From a virus (lineage: Duplodnaviria; Caudoviricetes), in the IMG/VR virus record IMGVR_UViG_3300025267_000058, positions 1-33,861 of that record: DNA of 33,861 nucleotides. One strand, 5' to 3'. How positions within the stretch are numbered: the stretch's first letter is position 1; every line of letters begins with the position of its first letter. A model generated the notes under the pieces. It was given only the letters and a program-made list of their open reading frames with translations. It searched no databases and had not been told where the DNA came from. A program made the position numbers and the translations under genes. Below, piece by piece: positions 1 through 7,064 of this stretch.

Positions 1-100
1 CTTGTTTAATTCTTCTAATTGTTCCCGACATAATATCTTCAGGCACACGCTTAGACGCACCCTTTAATGCAAACTTTGCTGCTATTGAAAATAATGACAT
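1..100 (-). CDS. hypothetical protein, 5' part only (MSLFSIAAKFALKGASKRVPEDIMSGTIRRIKQ...), next gene of the structural arm
   Basis: ATG at 100 (minus), GAGGA SD upstream, frame open to the window edge, consensus promoter directly upstream. Confidence 0.75.
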   Translation of the reverse strand, partial: MSLFSIAAKFALKGASKRVPEDIMSGTIRRIKQ

Positions 101-126
101 ATTATTCCTCTTTTTACCCCTACTCT

Positions 127-155
127 ATTATACCATACAATTAACGATTTGTCAA
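127..155 (-). promoter_or_regulatory. sigma70-type promoter
   Basis: Minus strand TTGACA (155-150), 17 nt, TATAAT (132-127), with extended -10 TGn. Confidence 0.9.
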
Positions 156-156
156 A

Positions 157-1695
157 TCAGAAGGTCCAATAAGTACTCTTTCCAGATCTGGGTTCATCAT
201 CAAAGTCTGGATCATCAGGATGGGTCAGATGCCAAGACTCCTTCATGTAGTGTATTGCCATTGTCAGAGCGTCTACCTGATCATCATGAGCCGCATTAGG
301 AAATCTTATTAGTTCTTCTATCAGATCATCAGACCATTTCTTATTGGTAGGTATCCATACTCTTCCTGCTTCCATGATAGGAGAAGCTGCATAGACTCTG
401 GCTATCTTGTCCCTGTCGGGATTGTATTCCATTACCGGCAGTCCTGCTCTCCTCATGTCCTGTATCAGGGATTGTCCAGATGCTTTCTTCTCTACCATAC
501 AGATATCAGGTCTGTGATCGTTATAGAGTTTCTGTGCCAGCTTTCTTAGTTCGGGATACTCAAACCGTCCCTTGATGTTTCCCAGAAGGATAAGATTGGC
601 AACATAACTCTCATAACCCTGCTCATCCTGATCATAGACATTAAAGATACCCCATGTCTGGATCACACTAAAGTCTGCTGTAGTTCTGGTAGAGAAGGCG
701 GTATCGTAAGTTTGTATGATAAAGTCACAACTGGGGGGATCATCGTCTTCCCAAGACTGTAGCCATTTCTTTTTAATCAGACCACCCTCTTCAGGAGTAG
801 GGTCTTGCATATAGAGGGAGTTCCAGTATCGACTACCATTGCTGGCTCTGATCTCATTCTCATCTATCTCAAGTATTTCCTTTGGTTTCCATTCAGGGAA
901 GTAGCTACCGCCTACTGGTAATTCGAGTAAGTCTGCTGCTTCCTCATCAAGCCATGCCGGGATTTTAATTACCTCCCAAGGGATTGTCTGGTATTCGCTC
1001 ATGTCCTCTTGTTGTTTTAAGAGCCATCCGCACAGGTCATCGTAGTGAAAGCGAGTATTTATTATTACGATAGATCCATTCGGCATAAGTCTGGTCCTTA
1101 GTCCTGCTGGATACCATTCCTTTATGTACCTTCTTCCTGAATCAGAGAAGGCATCTTCCTCAGACATCACATCATCCAGTATGGCTATATGCGCTCCCCG
1201 ACCTGCTATCTGTGATCTGACACCAGCAGCATAGTAAGTACCGCCTTGATTTGTTTTCCACTTACCTGCTGCCCTGACATCACTCCTGAGTTGTACTCCA
1301 GTGAATATTTTATTAAATTCTTCTGCATTGACAAGATCCCTGACAGACCTACCAAAATCAGAAGACAACTGATCACTGTGAGATACTGTTAATATCTCAT
1401 GAGTAGGGTTACGTCCTATGTACCATGCAGGAAATAGTTTGGAACATATGACTGACTTGGAGGATCGGGGAGGTAGAAAGACCATCAACCTCTTAACTTC
1501 TCCATCTTCAAGTTCTTTTAACTTATTGGATATCACTTTAATGTGACTACCCATTCTGAAGTCAGACACAAGAGAAGGAGCCATAAGCTTGACAAACGTT
1601 AGGAAGTCTGCTTTTGAATCTCTATTAACTTTTTGTGAGAGAAGTCCTTTAAGGTTTATAAAAGACTCTAAGTAACTTTCTTGAAATTTATCCAT
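157..1695 (-). CDS. terL: terminase large subunit
   Basis: ATPase motifs (LMVFLPPRSSKS Walker A variant, GRGAHIAILDD Walker B); RNase H-like nuclease (YDTA, ADFS, HDDQVDALT). Start moved to ATG 1695 (MDKF) because the ORF-track start lies inside the promoter. Confidence 0.95.
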   Translation of the reverse strand: MDKFQESYLESFINLKGLLSQKVNRDSKADFLTFVKLMAPSLVSDFRMGSHIKVISNKLKELEDGEVKRLMVFLPPRSSKSVICSKLFPAWYIGRNPTHEILTVSHSDQLSSDFGRSVRDLVNAEEFNKIFTGVQLRSDVRAAGKWKTNQGGTYYAAGVRSQIAGRGAHIAILDDVMSEEDAFSDSGRRYIKEWYPAGLRTRLMPNGSIVIINTRFHYDDLCGWLLKQQEDMSEYQTIPWEVIKIPAWLDEEAADLLELPVGGSYFPEWKPKEILEIDENEIRASNGSRYWNSLYMQDPTPEEGGLIKKKWLQSWEDDDPPSCDFIIQTYDTAFSTRTTADFSVIQTWGIFNVYDQDEQGYESYVANLILLGNIKGRFEYPELRKLAQKLYNDHRPDICMVEKKASGQSLIQDMRRAGLPVMEYNPDRDKIARVYAASPIMEAGRVWIPTNKKWSDDLIEELIRFPNAAHDDQVDALTMAIHYMKESWHLTHPDDPDFDDEPRSGKSTYWTF

Positions 1696-1701
1696 AGTAC
1701 T

Positions 1702-1730
1702 ATTATACACTATATTTACTAACAATGCAA
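1702..1730 (-). promoter_or_regulatory. sigma70-type promoter for terL
   Basis: Minus strand TTGCAT (1730-1725), 17 nt, TATAAT (1707-1702). Confidence 0.75.
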
Positions 1731-2250
1731 GTGTTAATTTAAAAAAAATATATAATATATACTAAAGTACTACTTAAGTATCGGATATTAGTAGTATATT
1801 ACCCCATAGATTTTTAAGATTTTTTATGATCATCTAATATATTAGGATCTTCGGAGGCCCCGTAGTTTTTTTTGTGTGGGTTGTGTGTGCGAATATCTCA
1901 CAACTACAATTGCACAAAAGAGATACCTTAAATTATTCTGAACTGGTTTAGGATTGTCTATGCATATGGTGCCATCTAGAGTAATGGCTTATCCTTCCCC
2001 TAAATGTTTTTATGCTCATGTTGTCTTGTTGGATATTCGGGGATAAGAGAATAAAATAGCTATCCCCTATCAATCCTGCCATTTATTTAGATTAGCCTAC
2101 TCATTAGACAATCCAGAACAATAGCCAGTATCGGATTAATGAATATCCAAATGAATATAAAATAAATATATTATTATGGGAACAAATAGGACGTTTCATC
2201 CGTCTTATATAGTAGGAAGTAAACTTTAACCAACATGCTTAGGAATTAAG
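1731..2250. other. non-coding divergence region, probable genome termini / terminal repeat junction
   Basis: Largest non-coding stretch in the window, lying between divergent terL and pre-early genes; AT tracts and nested inverted repeats. Terminus location is inferred from the two-arm architecture. Confidence 0.5.
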
Positions 2251-2253
2251 ACC

Positions 2254-2367
2254 ATGCAAAAAACACATCAAGAAATACTCGCAATTGTTAAACCATATCA
2301 AAACAAATTGACCGATAAAGAATTAGATCAATTGATTTCTAGATTAATAAAACTGTTTACCAAATAG
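2254..2367 (+). CDS. small pre-early protein (37 aa, MQKTHQEILAIV...)
   Basis: AGGA SD and ATG, open frame to TAG 2365-2367; translated by hand. Confidence 0.6.
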   Translation: MQKTHQEILAIVKPYQNKLTDKELDQLISRLIKLFTK

Positions 2368-2518
2368 GGACCAATAACCTGAGCAAGTTATAAAACTGCT
2401 TAAATTCTTAATTTGTTAACTATATTCACAATTTTGTGATAAGAGTGTTATTTGTTTGACTCTATATGTCAATATGTCACTCTTAATTAGGGCAAGTTAA
2501 TTGAAAGGACTAAACCAA

Positions 2519-2743
2519 ATGCTTATATATGTAAAACCGGAAAGCGTTAAAAGATTAGAGAATGGTGATATTATTGCTCAAAGCGAGGACAATGATTTTA
2601 ACAAGGGTAAAGTTTGGTTGAATAAATGGTTCTCGATAAACTATATTGGCGAAAATGGTTTTAGGCAATGTCCTGAAGCTAACGCAGAAGTGAGATGGTT
2701 TATCAAAGAGCATGAATACAAAGATTATGGTATTGGCGAATAA
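2519..2743 (+). CDS. hypothetical pre-early protein
   Basis: ORF; start moved to the ATG after GAAAGGACTAAACCAA. Confidence 0.75.
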   Translation: MLIYVKPESVKRLENGDIIAQSEDNDFNKGKVWLNKWFSINYIGENGFRQCPEANAEVRWFIKEHEYKDYGIGE

Positions 2744-2773
2744 GTTTAATCAATTTAGAAAGGATTTAATCAA

Positions 2774-3109
2774 ATGCAATTAAATGTTCTTAACAAGTTT
2801 AGCTCAGAAGTTTGGAGTAATGAAGTAAAGCGATTGGCTACTTGGGAAAATGCCAGAGAATATGCAAACGCCGTTGATCAACGTTTTATATTCTGTTGTG
2901 AGCTATTTGAAGTTAGTGTCAATTTTAGTGATGGTTCTTTTTTGGAAAAATGGGTGAATAAATTAGAAGATGAATTTGATATTCTTAATGGTTTTGATCA
3001 TGAAGTTCATGATTATGATGATTATCTAGCCATAGCCAAAAACACTTATTACACTTGGTTAAAGAATGTAATTGATGAAGACAACAAACTTTTAGATGCA
3101 AAGGATTAA
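2774..3109 (+). CDS. hypothetical acidic pre-early protein
   Basis: ORF with GAAAGGA SD. Confidence 0.8.
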   Translation: MQLNVLNKFSSEVWSNEVKRLATWENAREYANAVDQRFIFCCELFEVSVNFSDGSFLEKWVNKLEDEFDILNGFDHEVHDYDDYLAIAKNTYYTWLKNVIDEDNKLLDAKD

Positions 3110-3113
3110 ACCA

Positions 3114-3818
3114 ATGACACAATATAATTTACTTGGCGTTGGCAACAATGCAAAAACTATTAAGGGCGACAATGAGATATACCTAACAGCTATTATGTAT
3201 ATGGCACCCTATGACACTGCTGCGGATAAGGGTGGTATGATATGTCCAATGGCAAAAACTGCACAGTGTCATGTAGGATGTTTGTATAGTGCAGGGCGTG
3301 GACAAATGAATAGTGTACAGGCTAGCAGGATACGTAAAACAAAACTATATCTTAATGACAGAGACAAGTTTAGTGTGATGTTATATGAGGACGTTGTGAA
3401 GTTTAGAGCCTATTGTTTTAAACGTGACCTAATACCTGTTGTTAGATTAAATGGCACTAGTGACATCAATTTTAAATGGCTTGTTAAATTGTTTCCTGAT
3501 GTACAGTTCTATGATTATACAAAATGTATTAATAGAATTGATAAGGATATGCCATCCAACTATCATATCACTTTGTCCTACTCTGAAGCCAATACAAAGT
3601 ATGCTAAGGATGTTTTAAAGAAAGCCATCAAGAACAATGTTAATATGGCTGTAGTGTTTAGGGATAAGAACAACATACCTAAAACATTCAAAGGATTGCC
3701 AGTTATTAATGGTGATAAGGATGATCTTAGGTTTCTTGATGCCAAGGGTGCCAATGTTGTTGCACTATATGCCAAGGGTGCTGCTAAGAAAGATAACACT
3801 GGCTTTGTAATTGATTAA
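3114..3818 (+). CDS. Gp88-like phage protein with a three-Cys cluster (possibly radical-SAM-like)
   Basis: CPMAKTAQCHVGCLYSAGRG, VRLNGTSD, FYDYTK, ITLSYSE, GDKDDLRFLD recognised as GP88-family motifs; start after AAAGGATTAAACCA. Confidence 0.75.
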   Translation: MTQYNLLGVGNNAKTIKGDNEIYLTAIMYMAPYDTAADKGGMICPMAKTAQCHVGCLYSAGRGQMNSVQASRIRKTKLYLNDRDKFSVMLYEDVVKFRAYCFKRDLIPVVRLNGTSDINFKWLVKLFPDVQFYDYTKCINRIDKDMPSNYHITLSYSEANTKYAKDVLKKAIKNNVNMAVVFRDKNNIPKTFKGLPVINGDKDDLRFLDAKGANVVALYAKGAAKKDNTGFVID

Positions 3819-3835
3819 CTTGAAAGGATAAGACA

Positions 3836-3997
3836 ATGGAATTAGATAATGGTTTTGATATTCCAGATAGTAGAAAGGATTTAACAAATAAAAATAATAT
3901 TAGATGGTTGCTAAGAAATATTCAAATAAGGAATGGCAACCATCCAAAATTAAAAGAAACTATACAAGCTTTAAAACTTCTCATTAGAAAGGGATAA
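3836..3997 (+). CDS. small hypothetical protein (53 aa, MELDNGFDIPDSRKD...)
   Basis: GAAAGGATAAGACA then ATG; fills the gap exactly; not in the ORF track. Confidence 0.75.
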   Translation: MELDNGFDIPDSRKDLTNKNNIRWLLRNIQIRNGNHPKLKETIQALKLLIRKG

Positions 3998-4001
3998 GAC
4001 A

Positions 4002-4385
4002 ATGCAAATACATCAAGAAGAATACCATGATTGTGCTACTCTAGATAATGCTAGAACATGGGGCAACATAGCTTTGATATGTGAGGATAAGGCAGATAAT
4101 TTTATCAAAGGATTGATTAATAAGTTTTCTAGTGTTGGTGTTGAGGATATGCACGAACAACGATTAGAATATGAGATGGAGAACCTAACATATTTATTCA
4201 TGTTAGACATTGAAGCTAATGATATTGATCTATTAGAACAACTAGAAAATGCTGGATGGTATACGCCTAGACAATTAGAGGAGGATTACATCCAGAATAA
4301 GAAAGAAAACATTAGACATTACATAGACAACATGACATTAGGAGATGTGTTGGATATGGATAGAGAGACAGAACTATTAACATAA
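4002..4385 (+). CDS. hypothetical acidic protein
   Basis: ORF with GAAAGGGATAAGACA RBS. Confidence 0.8.
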   Translation: MQIHQEEYHDCATLDNARTWGNIALICEDKADNFIKGLINKFSSVGVEDMHEQRLEYEMENLTYLFMLDIEANDIDLLEQLENAGWYTPRQLEEDYIQNKKENIRHYIDNMTLGDVLDMDRETELLT

Positions 4386-4473
4386 GCTAACTTAATATTC
4401 TGATAGCCAATGATAAGGTAATCAATCCTTACATTGGCTTGAAGAGTGCAAACAATTGAAAGGATTTAAACCA

Positions 4474-4671
4474 ATGAATTATAAACCAGTTTTTATTATG
4501 GCTGATGGTGAACGTGCAACAAATGCTCAGGTATTTGCTACCAAAGATGAAGCTTGGCAGTCTGCTAGATCTAGGTTCATGGTGTGGACTATGCCTGTTG
4601 ATGTTGATACTGAAACTACAATGGATGAAGTCAACTATAAATTTATAGATAAAGATGAGAGGATTAAATAG
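4474..4671 (+). CDS. hypothetical protein
   Basis: ORF; start moved to the ATG after GAAAGGATTTAAACCA. Confidence 0.8.
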   Translation: MNYKPVFIMADGERATNAQVFATKDEAWQSARSRFMVWTMPVDVDTETTMDEVNYKFIDKDERIK

Positions 4672-4827
4672 ATGGAAAAGAATTGGGTATTAATTTTACA
4701 TAACAGCGGTAAGCTAGAAGCGTGGAGAGATTATGATCAGATATGGGGATCAGCCATGTATCAAGTGTTAGGTTACTTCACTGGCAGTCACAGAGAAGCT
4801 TTAAAGTATGCGAAAGGATTAAAGTAA
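4672..4827 (+). CDS. small hypothetical protein (51 aa, MEKNWVLILHNSG...)
   Basis: GAGGA SD, abuts the upstream stop, TAATG overlap with the next gene. Confidence 0.7.
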   Translation: MEKNWVLILHNSGKLEAWRDYDQIWGSAMYQVLGYFTGSHREALKYAKGLK

Positions 4828-4958
4828 TGGACGTTTTAATTATAGTTCTGGTAGCATTTTGCACTGGCATGGGGTACGGTATGATATGCCAAAAGATATT
4901 GGATAGTGCCAAGCATACATCCAACAAGCCTAATGCTAGACTAGTAAAGAGAGATTAA
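4827..4958 (+). CDS. small membrane protein (MDVLIIVLVAFCTGMGYGM...)
   Basis: GAAAGGA SD, N-terminal hydrophobic helix; ORF-track start 4743 overlaps the upstream gene. Confidence 0.65.
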   Translation: MDVLIIVLVAFCTGMGYGMICQKILDSAKHTSNKPNARLVKRD

Positions 4959-4978
4959 TTTGGTTAGTCCTAAACTCA

Positions 4979-5014
4979 AGGGGTGTGGTAGAAATATCAC
5001 ACCTCTATTTTTTT
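4979..5014 (+). terminator. Rho-independent terminator ending the pre-early block
   Basis: AGGGGTGTGGTA-GAAA-TATCACACCTCT 12-bp stem followed by ATTTTTTT. Confidence 0.85.
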
Positions 5015-5040
5015 ATTCATATATATATTTTATTTATATA

Positions 5041-5053
5041 TATCAAGGACTTA
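5041..5053 (+). promoter_or_regulatory. IHF-binding consensus site
   Basis: TATCAAGGACTTA matches WATCAANNNNTTR exactly and follows a ~34-bp almost pure A/T tract. Confidence 0.55.
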
Positions 5054-5099
5054 CCTGGAAAAACAACTACATTATGTGTGGGTCACGGCTCCAATATGC

Positions 5100-5127
5100 T
5101 TGACATCATGTAGGGGTGTGGTACTAT
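5100..5127 (+). promoter_or_regulatory. sigma70-type early promoter
   Basis: TTGACA (5100-5105), 16 nt, TACTAT (5122-5127) with extended -10 TG; AAGGAG and ATG 5148 follow. Confidence 0.75.
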
Positions 5128-5147
5128 AAAGTATAAGGAGAAAGCAA

Positions 5148-5294
5148 ATGAGTAATAAAACAAACGATACAATCTATGAAGAAGTTTATAACAAACATCT
5201 GGATGAACAGCTAAAGAAGTTCAAGGATGTAGGACAAGCTGAGATTGAAGCAATGGTATTAGCACATAAAGAAGTAGAGGAGATGGAAGGATGA
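5148..5294 (+). CDS. small hypothetical protein (48 aa, MSNKTNDTIYEEV...)
   Basis: AAGGAG SD, ATGA overlap with the next gene. Confidence 0.75.
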   Translation: MSNKTNDTIYEEVYNKHLDEQLKKFKDVGQAEIEAMVLAHKEVEEMEG

Positions 5295-5473
5295 GACAAG
5301 TAATTCTGGAGAGATACATGTTTGAAAAATCAATGGGTATTAATTTTGAATGGGAAGGCTTACTAGATAAACTAGGAGTAGATCAGGTAAGCATAAACCC
5401 TGATGATCCTGATGACATGGAGTATCCTGACAGAGTACAATTAACAGTAACTGAAACGAGGGTAGTAAAATGA
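5291..5473 (+). CDS. hypothetical protein
   Basis: ORF in a translationally coupled chain. Confidence 0.7.
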   Translation: MRQVILERYMFEKSMGINFEWEGLLDKLGVDQVSINPDDPDDMEYPDRVQLTVTETRVVK

Positions 5474-5766
5474 TTTATACTAGAACAATTGAACCTACAC
5501 CATACACCGCCATGAATTGCACAAACAATTTTTCTGCTATACTAGAACAGCAATTAAGTTTTCATAATGTGAAAGATGTCTCTGTTAATGGGGCAAGAAA
5601 ATGTAATAAGTGGGGAGGATATACCACTTCTATATTAATTAATGCAGCTAGTGGCGAACGCTTTGAAGTGAGTTTATTTTCTGATAACGAAAAAGAAAAT
5701 ATAAAATTCAATAGAGTATCGTTCAGTAAGTATTGCAATAAACTTTTTGCCAAGAAGGAGAAGTAA
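5470..5766 (+). CDS. hypothetical protein
   Basis: ORF, ATGA overlap. Confidence 0.7.
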   Translation: MIYTRTIEPTPYTAMNCTNNFSAILEQQLSFHNVKDVSVNGARKCNKWGGYTTSILINAASGERFEVSLFSDNEKENIKFNRVSFSKYCNKLFAKKEK

Positions 5767-5976
5767 ATGTATCAGGTAACTATAACGTGTCCTAACTGTG
5801 ATGGTGCTGGCTCTATTGCCATGACATCTGATCTATCCTCAAGCATGGAGCATGAATGTTGTGCGTGTGCTGGCATAGGGAGGACACTGGTATCTGAGGC
5901 AGCGGAACTGTATGAAGATACCGCCGCTTTACTTGAAGATTATCCCAACGCAATTAAGATTGAGAGGGTAGCATGA
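5767..5976 (+). CDS. small DnaJ-type zinc-finger protein
   Basis: Two CxxCxGxG motifs (CPNCDGAG, CCACAGIG); AAGGAG SD. Confidence 0.75.
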   Translation: MYQVTITCPNCDGAGSIAMTSDLSSSMEHECCACAGIGRTLVSEAAELYEDTAALLEDYPNAIKIERVA

Positions 5977-6263
5977 AAAATTCTCTGAAGAAAATACATA
6001 TGCCAGTGGATGATGCCTATATCATGGGGAAAATCCCCCAAGTAAAAGCCAAAGTAAATCTATGTATAGATAAAGTAAAAACTAAACGTTACTTATGTGA
6101 GAAAAATATAACTGAGTTGGAGGAATTGAGGGATGATAAAATAAAAGCGACTCAGCACGGCAGAGTAGGGGTAATTATAGATAGAATAAAAACGCAGCGT
6201 TACTTATGCGAGGAAAGTATAGCTCAGTTAGAGGAATTGAAAGAGGAGTTACATAAGCTATGA
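5973..6263 (+). CDS. coiled-coil protein with an internal tandem duplication
   Basis: ORF with two copies of IDxxKTxRYLCExxIxxLEEL. Confidence 0.75.
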   Translation: MKNSLKKIHMPVDDAYIMGKIPQVKAKVNLCIDKVKTKRYLCEKNITELEELRDDKIKATQHGRVGVIIDRIKTQRYLCEESIAQLEELKEELHKL

Positions 6264-6400
6264 GCGAGACAGAAATTTTAAAAAGAAATGTGAGGGATCT
6301 GCAAGAACAGTTGCAGAATAGTCACATTAGAATTAAAAAACTGAGGGCCAAGCTCATGCAGTATGAGAAGCTTTTAGATATGTTGAGGAAAAAACCATGA
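6260..6400 (+). CDS. small coiled-coil protein (46 aa, MSETEILKRNVRDLQEQL...)
   Basis: GAGGAG SD, ATGA overlaps at both ends. Confidence 0.75.
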   Translation: MSETEILKRNVRDLQEQLQNSHIRIKKLRAKLMQYEKLLDMLRKKP

Positions 6401-6627
6401 CTGAAGATGAAGAACTCCAAGAGTTTCAAAATAAATTATGGAACCTTATCAGAGAGACATCACCACCTGATGAAAGTAAGTCTGATATCCTAATGGTATC
6501 GGGTGCGTTGTTAAGTACATGTCTTAAATTATATGTACAAACTATTGGTAAGGAAAGTACAATCGGTATGTTTAACGTAGCAATTGAGAGTGTTAAAGAT
6601 ACAGATGATAAGAGGGTATTACATTGA
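6397..6627 (+). CDS. hypothetical protein
   Basis: ORF with GAGG SD. Confidence 0.75.
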   Translation: MTEDEELQEFQNKLWNLIRETSPPDESKSDILMVSGALLSTCLKLYVQTIGKESTIGMFNVAIESVKDTDDKRVLH

Positions 6628-6749
6628 CACTAGAAGAACTACAATCAGAGATGGACAAGCTGCCCAGCCAGCACCCTGAGTTTCTAATAGGATGGTTGAT
6701 GTCTCAGGTTGTACAACTTATGAAGGATAAGGAAGATGAAGAAACGTAA
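6624..6749 (+). CDS. small hypothetical protein (41 aa, TTG start, MTLEELQSEMDKLP...)
   Basis: TTGA overlap with the upstream stop, GAGGG SD, fills the gap. Confidence 0.6.
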   Translation: MTLEELQSEMDKLPSQHPEFLIGWLMSQVVQLMKDKEDEET

Positions 6750-6861
6750 CCCATATTGGAAGTGGCTCCGACATTTAAGCCACAAAATTGTAGCTGTTAA
6801 GAAAGGAAAGAATAGCTATACTCGTAAACTCAAACACAAAAAGGAACAAGACTATGGATAG
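6736..6861 (+). CDS. ArfA-like (alternative ribosome-rescue factor A-like) basic peptide, 41 aa
   Basis: MKKRNPYWKWLRHLSHKIVAVKKGKNSYTRKLKHKKEQDYG; KKGKNSYTRKLKH resembles the E. coli ArfA core KKGKGSYMRKGKH; AAGGA SD; overlaps both neighbours. Confidence 0.6.
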   Translation: MKKRNPYWKWLRHLSHKIVAVKKGKNSYTRKLKHKKEQDYG

Positions 6862-7063
6862 TCCAATCAATATAGAAGAAATAGTTTTGTCCATTATGGA
6901 TGAAGCTAACTCTGGCCCTGTAAATAAAGATACTAAGAAGTCTAAGGGATGGAGCATGTCCACAATAGTAAGTTACATAAAGATAAAATATGGTGATGAA
7001 GCTAGTCAACGTGCCAGAGAATTTATTATAAAAGACTATTGTAAGATGAAGGAGTATTATTAA
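6854..7063 (+). CDS. hypothetical protein
   Basis: ORF with AAGGA SD. Confidence 0.75.
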   Translation: MDSPINIEEIVLSIMDEANSGPVNKDTKKSKGWSMSTIVSYIKIKYGDEASQRAREFIIKDYCKMKEYY

Positions 7064-7064
7064 C

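Noticed and set aside
1731-2250. tRNA or other known structured RNA gene in the intergenic regions
   Set aside because: No cloverleaf or T-loop (GTTCRA) signature found by eye; a tRNAscan or Rfam run would be decisive
2238-4829. Repeated motif as a CRISPR or attC-type array
   Set aside because: The copies are degenerate, non-palindromic, irregularly spaced and end in a start codon, so they are RBS cassettes
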